Below the pieces are notes generated by a model. That model was not told the origin of the DNA. It was given only the letters and a program-made list of their open reading frames with translations, and made no database searches. The position numbers were made by a program, and so were the translations under genes. From a virus (taxonomy: Duplodnaviria; Caudoviricetes), in IMG/VR virus record IMGVR_UViG_3300028777_000007, positions 1 through 41,233 of that record: a stretch of 41,233 bases of DNA. One strand, given 5' to 3'. Below are positions 34,162 through 41,233 of this stretch, one piece after another; positions within the stretch are counted from its first letter, which is position 1; each line of letters opens with the position of its first letter.

Positions 34162-35183
34162 TATTTGCTCCCCAAGTACGAACCACCGAGGCTAGACGCC
34201 GCGCCGAGTGTGCTACCCTTCTTAGAGTTACTAGAGTTCCGGCTTGATTGGTTAGCCGCAGTCGTAGCCTGAGCAGCCCCCACCAGATCAGTCGGATTGT
34301 AGCCCGTAGCGCTGCTGAAGCCAGTATAGGTTGGGGTATACGGCGTGCCGCCAGCAATACCGGCCATCCCGCTGAGTTGCTGTAGCGGGGTATTCTGGTT
34401 GACCTGATAAGTATTCTGATCTTGCCCGTACTGGGCCGAGTTACCGCTAAGATACGAGGCATATTTGGCCCGAGCATCTTGGTTTCCAGCGATAGTAGCG
34501 TTCTGAGAGGCCAGCGTTGTTACATCACCTTGAGCCTTCATCAAGTTCTGCATGGAGTTGTTATATGCTTCAGTACCTGGAGTAAGCCCTTGTTGACGCA
34601 GCTGAGTATCCAGCGCGGCGCTATCCTTTTGCTGTTGGGGCAGGGCCCTATCCATAACAGAGTTATAGGTAGCATCCGCGACATCTTTACCGTTGAACTC
34701 TGGGTCGTTATACGCCTTGACATTTTGGGCGCTAGAACTGAATGGGGTTGAGTTATAGTTCTTCAGATAGTTGTTTAGAATGTCACCGTACTTGGACGTC
34801 GCAGCATTTGTATCTGAGTTATATTTGTCCCACGCCGCTTTGGTCTCTGGATTCAGATTCTGATTCTGGGTCCAAGTACCCTGTAGGCCAGACAAGTCAG
34901 ACTGAGTCTTGGCTATGGCATCATCAATGCCTCCGCTCCACCCATTATCAGACTTCAGCTTTTGCTGCGCTGCCAACTGAGCAGTAAGAGAGTCCTTCTG
35001 CGCCTGCTGCTCAGGAGATAGGTTCTGGGACCAAGTGATGGAGTTGCCAAAGGCGTCCACCTGATTAGGTCGGTTGGCCGCTGTTAGCTGCTGAGCCGTT
35101 TGTTGGTTTATCTGGCCCTGCTGCTGCGCTAGCGAAGCATAGTCAGGGGTACTAGCCTTGGACCCACTCTTTCCGCCGCCCAT
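34161..35183 (-). CDS. DNA pilot/ejection protein
   Basis: MGGGK....PDY..LA...ANRPNQ..FG start; Q/N-rich; QG..PG.EAY motif. Confidence 0.7.
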   Translation of the reverse strand: MGGGKSGSKASTPDYASLAQQQGQINQQTAQQLTAANRPNQVDAFGNSITWSQNLSPEQQAQKDSLTAQLAAQQKLKSDNGWSGGIDDAIAKTQSDLSGLQGTWTQNQNLNPETKAAWDKYNSDTNAATSKYGDILNNYLKNYNSTPFSSSAQNVKAYNDPEFNGKDVADATYNSVMDRALPQQQKDSAALDTQLRQQGLTPGTEAYNNSMQNLMKAQGDVTTLASQNATIAGNQDARAKYASYLSGNSAQYGQDQNTYQVNQNTPLQQLSGMAGIAGGTPYTPTYTGFSSATGYNPTDLVGAAQATTAANQSSRNSSNSKKGSTLGAASSLGGSYLGSK

Positions 35184-35185
35184 GA

Positions 35186-35632
35186 TTATGCTCCAGAAAC
35201 TAGTTTAATAACTTTGCGCCAAGCTGGCGAATTAAGGACTCTGCACTGCTCTTTGCGCATACTGTAGACTCTTAGAGACTCACCCTCTTCATAGTAGTCT
35301 TCTATGATCGCTTCAAGGATGAACCCGAAATGCTCGTCTAGGGCAATAGCCTCTAGATTATTGCTCCGAACTTGCCCGATAATCTTCTTTACTTTAAGCT
35401 GATTAAACGGGTAGTCGAAAATTGCTGCGAACCATTCTTTAGATGGGGTATGGTCAGCATCCATCCAGATATGCGCCTGGATGCTGCCCCCATTATAGCA
35501 GTCATATATCACGCCTGCAATAACATCCCCATTTTCAATGCAAGTAATTGCCTGCGCGGCATTACTGGGCATAACACCAAGCGCCTTCGATAGAAGGGGG
35601 ATAGCCATTGTTGAACAATGAATCATTTTCAT
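35186..35632 (-). CDS. GNAT-fold virion assembly protein
   Basis: IAGV.Y..YNG, F.YPF.QL.V..I...V...N..A.....FGF..E. Confidence 0.75.
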   Translation of the reverse strand: MKMIHCSTMAIPLLSKALGVMPSNAAQAITCIENGDVIAGVIYDCYNGGSIQAHIWMDADHTPSKEWFAAIFDYPFNQLKVKKIIGQVRSNNLEAIALDEHFGFILEAIIEDYYEEGESLRVYSMRKEQCRVLNSPAWRKVIKLVSGA

Positions 35633-37221
35633 AGCGCGGTTCCAGGTTCGAAGGCCCAGTTACAAGCGACAAATTCAGTATCAGATGACGTGCGCATCTT
35701 TAAGAGCAGGGCGGCACTATACCCCACACCACTGACACCGACCCATTCATAGAAACTTACTTGACCCTCTGCCCACACTCCAGAGTCCCATATCGCGTTA
35801 TCCCAGACGTTAGTGGCCTGAGTTGTTACTGGGCCCGGAGTCTGTAATGACGCTAGGCGTGTGGGGCCATAATCGGCGTTAGCTTTGACTGTATATGATG
35901 GACGCACCGAGCATGTGAAGATAGGACGTACCACTTTGTAATGCTTATCAGTACCAAGATCACCGAAGTCACTATACGCCTGCATGAAGCCAGATACGAT
36001 GGGCGTGCCGCCAGTGCCGTTCAGCAGAATACCGTCCTGGAACACGTTACCGTATAGGTATACACGACCAGTTGTGTCGCTGAAGTACAGACGCTCATGG
36101 AACTGCACACACGTCAGCATAGGCAGATTATAGGTAGTCCAAGAGCCATTCAGCATATTCATCACATACTGTATAGCAGGGGCGTTGGCCGTAGCCGGAA
36201 CGGAAAGAACAAGATATTGCAACGCCGGGACTGATGTTAGTTCCCATCCAGGCTGCAAATTAGTTGCCTGACCCAATTCGTTAATCGTTCGGCTTATTCG
36301 CTTAGACAGCGTATCGTTGGTATCCCCAGCCGAGGAAGTACCACCAACGATCTTCGACATACTCATCACGCCGTAGATATTGAGAAGAGCTATATCCCCA
36401 CCAAGGTCAGTAAAGGTACGATCGCCCAGTGGGGCCCCGATGAAGAACACCGCCTCTAGGGACCAAGTGGTGGCCGAAGACGGGTCGCTGCCAGAGTACC
36501 CGGCCAGCTCACCATTGGACGACTGGAACACCAAGATATCTTCAATACCGTTACCGGCGCCGCGTGTCCAGCTGAATATATTCAACAAGTACCCACCGAG
36601 CTTGAAGATAGATCCCATAAGGAACTGGGTCGCAGCTCCAGCCACGGCGTCTGTAGGTAGATACCATGCGTTTGTAGAGTTCTTTTCAACGAACCATAGA
36701 CGACGCTTATGAGAGCATACCTGAGTAAAGTTCTGGGGCGAAGTCATCCCACCAATCTGTCCGGGTGTGGTAGGTGTGGCATTGTAGACGATAGGATAGT
36801 AAGTCGTACCGTCGTACATGAAGTTCTCGCTGGATCCGTTCACTACCACCATGAACTGGGCCGCAGTATTAGCGAACATGACATAGTCTACGCGCCCGTT
36901 GGTCAGAGTCCTTACGCTGGCCCCCGCCACTCCTTGGGCAGTAACATCGAACATGCCCGCGTCTGTACAGGCGAATAATTTGTCAGTAGAAGAGTTCTGG
37001 CTTGAGTATTGCAGCAAGCTCTTCGCACTGGATGGGAGTCCTGTAGTCCATTCTTTGTACCCAGCGCGCACCCGCAATGACGAGTTCTGAGGGAAGATGT
37101 TTGTCATCTCTATGGCGTAATGAGGATCCATGCCAGCGATGGGGTTAGTATCGTCAATGCCGCCTGTAGGGGCGGCAAGAGTGGCAATGCGGGAAACTCG
37201 CTGCTTAGGACGAGTAGCCAT
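35629..37221 (-). CDS. tail nozzle / packaged-DNA stabilisation protein (tubular protein B-like)
   Basis: APTGG......A....N.FP....R.GY start; beta-propeller-like repeats; WD.A.WD...W tail. Confidence 0.78.
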   Translation of the reverse strand: MATRPKQRVSRIATLAAPTGGIDDTNPIAGMDPHYAIEMTNIFPQNSSLRVRAGYKEWTTGLPSSAKSLLQYSSQNSSTDKLFACTDAGMFDVTAQGVAGASVRTLTNGRVDYVMFANTAAQFMVVVNGSSENFMYDGTTYYPIVYNATPTTPGQIGGMTSPQNFTQVCSHKRRLWFVEKNSTNAWYLPTDAVAGAATQFLMGSIFKLGGYLLNIFSWTRGAGNGIEDILVFQSSNGELAGYSGSDPSSATTWSLEAVFFIGAPLGDRTFTDLGGDIALLNIYGVMSMSKIVGGTSSAGDTNDTLSKRISRTINELGQATNLQPGWELTSVPALQYLVLSVPATANAPAIQYVMNMLNGSWTTYNLPMLTCVQFHERLYFSDTTGRVYLYGNVFQDGILLNGTGGTPIVSGFMQAYSDFGDLGTDKHYKVVRPIFTCSVRPSYTVKANADYGPTRLASLQTPGPVTTQATNVWDNAIWDSGVWAEGQVSFYEWVGVSGVGYSAALLLKMRTSSDTEFVACNWAFEPGTAL

Positions 37222-37937
37222 TAGTTCCACCCCCCATCCATGACGTTATTGAGCGGGTTTAGGTAGAACGTGTCGATATTGCCAGCCAAGGCGATCTCAG
37301 AAGCACCCTGATTCTGGCCCTTTTCGGCCGCCAATTGGTAGTCAAACTCAGCGCTCAGCACGCTCGTATCAAACCCTTTTTGGGCCCATAGGCGCTGTTT
37401 GAGGCCAGTAATCATCAGGCTACGATCGAATACTGGCACGTCAGTCCCAAGAGTGATAGCGTCCTTGTACACCAGCCCGATAGGATCATAGACCCAGTTC
37501 TTGCTGATATAGAAGAAGCTGAACTTCTCAGTCGCGGATGGCGTAGGGAAGATGGTGAATTTGCCCTGGAGAATACGGTAGCGGAAGAACACCCCAACGC
37601 TAACTATTCCGTACTGAGTCCATCCCCACTGTTGTGGAGTCAATGGGCCCTGCATCGGGCGCTTCATATTCTTGGCCCACTCTGTCTGGTTGACAATGCG
37701 GCCGAAATCCGTGGGCATGGCAAAGGCAGATGTTACCCCGTCGCCCTGGATATCTTTGGTGAACATGAGGAATTGCCAGTCGTAGACCTTTACAAGATCG
37801 TCGCCTAGGCTGTTAAGAAGGGCCAGAGCCTGATCGCCAGTCTGGCCAGTTTGAAGCGTGCCGATTGTACCGACCTCCAGCCCCAACTGCTGACCAGCGG
37901 CTGTTAGAATCTGCTGCGCAGTGGCTGTGATTGGCAT
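37221..37937 (-). CDS. head-tail adaptor (tubular protein A-like)
   Basis: Position; W..L, P.DF.R....TW, Y.SK.W and KGFD patterns. Confidence 0.72.
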   Translation of the reverse strand: MPITATAQQILTAAGQQLGLEVGTIGTLQTGQTGDQALALLNSLGDDLVKVYDWQFLMFTKDIQGDGVTSAFAMPTDFGRIVNQTEWAKNMKRPMQGPLTPQQWGWTQYGIVSVGVFFRYRILQGKFTIFPTPSATEKFSFFYISKNWVYDPIGLVYKDAITLGTDVPVFDRSLMITGLKQRLWAQKGFDTSVLSAEFDYQLAAEKGQNQGASEIALAGNIDTFYLNPLNNVMDGGWN

Positions 37938-38005
37938 GGTACTCTCCTAGAAATCCTGGACTACGGGGGTGCCTCCCTATAGCCCAGTGGGCAAAGCGCC
38001 CGAAA

Positions 38006-38572
38006 TCACTTCTTGGCTTTCAGCTCGGCTAACGACGTGACCATGTCACTCATACTCTGCTTCATAGCCGCTAACTGTTCCTTGAGATCGGCGTTCTCTT
38101 TGGACAGTTGTTCGATTGGGGCCGCTGCATCAGCCTTTTGGACGTGCTCGTTGGCTTTCTTCTTCAGGCTATACAAGCCGGGAATACGGCCGCAAACTTC
38201 GTCGTTAAGGCCCGCCAATGCTTCCAGAGTGCGCACCTTGTGATACAGCAATTCTTCACACTGCGACTTGGTGATCCACGGCACTTCTGTCAGTGGAGTA
38301 CCAATGGTTTGCTCTTCAGCACCAGACATGAAGCGTTCATAAACTTTGGCAAAGCGATCAATATCGAGATTGCTTGCCTCACGACGGATGACGTTATTCG
38401 CATCACCAGCCACCATGATTTCAACGAATACCACGTCTTTGAAAATGGGCCGCCCAGCCTGCGCTGAAGCTTCCTCATCCTTACGAGGCATATAATAAAA
38501 CTTTGCGAACACACTGCGATCACCAGCGTAGCGAGACTCGAAGTGGTCGACATTACCATCATATACGTCCAT
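38006..38572 (-). CDS. conserved hypothetical head-region protein
   Basis: S...GRPIF.D..FV.I..GD, GTPL...P, TLE.LA.L.D. Confidence 0.75.
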   Translation of the reverse strand: MDVYDGNVDHFESRYAGDRSVFAKFYYMPRKDEEASAQAGRPIFKDVVFVEIMVAGDANNVIRREASNLDIDRFAKVYERFMSGAEEQTIGTPLTEVPWITKSQCEELLYHKVRTLEALAGLNDEVCGRIPGLYSLKKKANEHVQKADAAAPIEQLSKENADLKEQLAAMKQSMSDMVTSLAELKAKK

Positions 38573-38604
38573 CTCAGCACCTATAGTTGATTAACGATCT
38601 AGTT

Positions 38605-38631
38605 ATAAAAGATGGCCCCATCCTTGGGGCC
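38605..38631 (-). terminator. terminator after the capsid genes
   Basis: Minus strand GGCCCCA-agga-TGGGGCC followed by ATCTTTTAT. Confidence 0.65.
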
Positions 38632-38647
38632 TTGGCGTTGGTTGATC

Positions 38648-39148
38648 TTATTGCTGCGCTTTCAACACAATTGGATAGTTGAGCCAAGCAGTGGTGGTGC
38701 CCGCCGCGCCGGTGAGGGTAGTAACGCCAACCCCCGAGATCTGCGCAGTGGTGGCGGCTGTCAAAGTGCTGCTGACCCCGCCCGCTGTTGCGGTGGTGTT
38801 GGTCTGCGCGCCGAGGGCGATAGCCGCCGTTGCACGAACCTGACTACGACCGTAGATTTGGATCCAACCAAAACCACCAGCCAATGGCAGAGACACCGCA
38901 GAACCGATAGGGAAGCCCACCGCCAACAAGGCGTTAGTGGAAGTCACCATAGTGCAGGTGAATGTCAACGGGTTGACGAGTTCCAGGTAGCCCACACCAG
39001 TAGGCTGCTCTGTGAACTTGACGAACATGTAGACACGTTCTTCACCAGTGGAGTTGTCGGTGACGCAGCCTGTTTGACCCAACTTGAACGCAGGAATCTC
39101 AGTGGATGCCTGGATTTGGGTTGGGTTGATGCCAATAATAAAGTCCAT
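38648..39148 (-). CDS. capsid decoration/cement protein
   Basis: Follows the MCP; T/A/G-rich; FGWIQIYG motif. Confidence 0.7.
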   Translation of the reverse strand: MDFIIGINPTQIQASTEIPAFKLGQTGCVTDNSTGEERVYMFVKFTEQPTGVGYLELVNPLTFTCTMVTSTNALLAVGFPIGSAVSLPLAGGFGWIQIYGRSQVRATAAIALGAQTNTTATAGGVSSTLTAATTAQISGVGVTTLTGAAGTTTAWLNYPIVLKAQQ

Positions 39149-39158
39149 GACAGCCCCC

Positions 39159-40124
39159 TTATGCGATAGCCTGATAACGACCTTGGAACTGGTTACCGGA
39201 CGAAGTCAGGTTGCCAGCCCAGCCCAGAATCTGGACCTCGGCGTCTTGGTTGATCGAGTAGCGCTTGTTCGGCGACAGAGCGACGAAGTTGCGTTGTGCG
39301 TGTGGGCGGAACTTCATGAACTTAGTGTTCAGGAAGAACGCGGTGTTCGCTGGGCAGAAGCCGCCGATACCACCATCCAGGACCACATCAGCGTCCATAT
39401 ACTTGATGGAAGGGAAGCCGAAGCCAGCCGAGCCAGCGCCGTCAGCTGCGGTAAAGCGCTGAATAGATTGCAGCGCGGCGACGTAAGCGCCCCACACCAA
39501 GCTGTCCACCATGATTAGATCAGGACGGTCCATACCGCGTTGGAGCTTGGCCCACAAAGTGTTCCAGTCAGCAAGCAAGGTGGTCTTGTTGGCTGGGTTG
39601 GACACTTGGTTCTGCCAGAAGGTCCAAGTACCACGGTCGATGCCGCCGTATGTGCCGGTCTGGGTGACAGGAAGCGCGGCATTCAAGCCGGTGATTTCCT
39701 TGCCGCCGTAGCCAGTGCCGTCGCCGTAGAGCGAGCCGCAGACCAAGTTCATCATGGTCGCTTCAGCCACGTCCATACGAGCAGTCAGCAAGTCGATCAT
39801 CTGTTCTGGGCCGCTGTTTTGCAGCATTTCCAGGCCAGAGATAACGACTGGGCAGGCAGCCTGCTTGATGTCGAATTGAGCAGCGGAGATCACGTCTTGA
39901 GCCGTCACTGGGAGCAAGTCGTAGCCGCTGTAGAAACCAGCGTTACCGTTCTGCGCGAAGGACAGTTCTTCGTAGATCAAACGACCGCCGGAGAAAGTGT
40001 TGGTGCGACCTTTCTGTTTCAGACGCGACAGAAGGGCGTTGTTTTTGGTGACGTTATCAGCGATCTTACGAGAGCGTTTCTCGATAGTTGTCGCGATGAT
40101 GTCCGAGACGTTAGCGAAGGCCAT
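39159..40124 (-). CDS. major capsid protein
   Basis: IIATT...S..IADNV..NNALL..L, YSGYD.L, G.GG.CP....FLNT, WAGNLT.S...QG; RBS gagga. Confidence 0.9.
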   Translation of the reverse strand: MAFANVSDIIATTIEKRSRKIADNVTKNNALLSRLKQKGRTNTFSGGRLIYEELSFAQNGNAGFYSGYDLLPVTAQDVISAAQFDIKQAACPVVISGLEMLQNSGPEQMIDLLTARMDVAEATMMNLVCGSLYGDGTGYGGKEITGLNAALPVTQTGTYGGIDRGTWTFWQNQVSNPANKTTLLADWNTLWAKLQRGMDRPDLIMVDSLVWGAYVAALQSIQRFTAADGAGSAGFGFPSIKYMDADVVLDGGIGGFCPANTAFFLNTKFMKFRPHAQRNFVALSPNKRYSINQDAEVQILGWAGNLTSSGNQFQGRYQAIA

Positions 40125-40291
40125 AATGGCGTTCCTCTAGAAAGTGATTATTTGCCTATTCCGTCTAGAGGGTTAGCCTGATGTAGAGGCCGGTTAGCGG
40201 CGTACAAAGGAGGTAGGTGGCATTAGTATATAGCAGTTGCGCAGAACATACAACACCGTATAAACTAATATTTTAGCATTGGTAAATAATC

Positions 40292-40789
40292 ATGTCTAAA
40301 GTAAAGCCCCACCCAAGTCAAGAATTACTTCAAGAATGGTTTACAGATATGGGATCATATCTAAAGTGGAAGAAGAGAGGGAAAGGTATAAAAATAGATA
40401 GAGCAGGTAGCCTAGGAAGTGACGGGTATATTCAGCTCACATTTCAAAGATCAAACTATAAAGCCCACAGACTAATGTGGATACTTAGGAACGGGCCCAT
40501 ACCAGATGGTCTAGAAGTTGACCATATAGACGGTGACAGATCTAATAATCTTGATTCTAATCATAGATTAGGAACAAGATCACAAAACGCTAGAAATATA
40601 ATAGCGATGAAATCTAATACTAGTGGTCATACTGGCATAAGCCCTCACTGCGGCAAATGGGTGGTGCATATACGTCTCAATAAAAAGCCCACTCACGTGG
40701 GCTATTACGAAACTATTGAAGAGGCTATTGAGGCTAGGGATGAAGCATGGGCTCTTCACTATGGTGAGTTCACTTGCCGGGGTTATTAA
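40292..40789 (+). CDS. HNH homing endonuclease with an AP2-like C-terminus (allele B)
   Basis: YKAHRLMW, EVDHIDGDRSNN..N.R..TRSQN..N, NTSG..G, KW...I....VG.Y.TIEEA. Confidence 0.9.
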   Translation: MSKVKPHPSQELLQEWFTDMGSYLKWKKRGKGIKIDRAGSLGSDGYIQLTFQRSNYKAHRLMWILRNGPIPDGLEVDHIDGDRSNNLDSNHRLGTRSQNARNIIAMKSNTSGHTGISPHCGKWVVHIRLNKKPTHVGYYETIEEAIEARDEAWALHYGEFTCRGY

Positions 40790-41204
40790 CTCCTTTAACG
40801 CGCTCAATGGTCTTAGAGCCACTGTACCCCAGATAGCCAGCGGTGAAGGTATACCAGAGTTCTACAGGAATTGCGCTGAAGCCTTTGTTCACATTCATGA
40901 ACAAAAGGTCCATCTTCGTTGGGAAGAAGAGGCCCAGGATAGGGGCCCCCACCACCATGAAGACCACGATGCCGTAGAACAAGTAGAGGAAGCTAGGGCG
41001 CGCCCGTGAAGTCCATGGGTCAGTGCTGTTAGCTTCTGCCAGAATAGCGGACATCTGAAGCTGTAGTTGCGTCAGCTGACCATTCTGGTCCAAGCGCATG
41101 AGCTCCAGTTGGGCCGCAGCATTCGCCGCTGGGTCCGGTATTAGCTTATCGATCAGGTTCTTACCTATGTCAAACAGACCGCTGACGATCGCGATGGGAA
41201 TCAT
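40770..41204 (-). CDS. holin (allele B): same N-terminal half as allele A, different C-terminal half
   Basis: Protein identical to 633-1067 through RARPSF, then diverged; also 144 aa and also ends NPGK. Confidence 0.8.
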   Translation of the reverse strand: MIPIAIVSGLFDIGKNLIDKLIPDPAANAAAQLELMRLDQNGQLTQLQLQMSAILAEANSTDPWTSRARPSFLYLFYGIVVFMVVGAPILGLFFPTKMDLLFMNVNKGFSAIPVELWYTFTAGYLGYSGSKTIERVKGVNNPGK

Positions 41205-41233
41205 ATATCACCCTATATTCTTTGCAGGATTGA

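Noticed and set aside
40127-41233. 1.1-kb direct terminal repeat or a true duplication of holin and HNH
   Set aside because: The interiors differ and both ends match for exactly 127 bp, which points to an assembler k-mer overlap around a strain bubble. Better terminus candidates lie at about 8.0-8.4 kb.
1-41233. tRNA genes, integrase/repressor, RNA polymerase, reverse transcriptase/DGR, alternative genetic code
   Set aside because: None was recognisable by eye, and genes pack tightly under the standard code with all three stop codons in use. A tRNAscan/HMM run would be needed for formal exclusion.

Overview
The window looks like a complete ~40.1 kb genome of a probably lytic, podovirus-like dsDNA phage. 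I found no integrase, repressor or RNA polymerase, so it probably uses host sigma70; a proteobacterial host is an inference. The minus strand carries the lysis cassette, scaffold, portal, TerL and TerS (633-7875), early genes and a primase-helicase (9020-14218), and the capsid/tail/ejection genes (28746-40124). The plus strand carries small early genes, a PolA/exonuclease/VRR-NUC/SNF2 replication module and a base-hypermodification cluster: GT-B glycosyltransferase, aGPT-Pplase1 helical protein, dUMP-hydroxymethylase-like thymidylate synthase homologue, HD nucleotidase and Nmad1 (24861-28712). Most notable observations: (1) the modification cluster has no kinase and could make a glycosylated hmU (base-J-like). 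(2) The dinucleotide GA/TC is almost excluded from every promoter window and from a ~1.3 kb block at the presumed genome end, and the -35 boxes read TTGCAC instead of TTGACA; this may be the footprint of the modification's sequence context. (3) The two contig ends hold two alternative alleles of one cassette (HNH endonuclease plus a recoded holin 3' half) between exact 127-bp overlaps, i.e. an assembly bubble capturing an intronless-homing-like swap. (4) Two perfect sigma54 motifs and two 7-bp repeat arrays bracket the presumed terminus. (5) GGGCCC is strongly over-represented. All counts were made by eye and no database searches were run.
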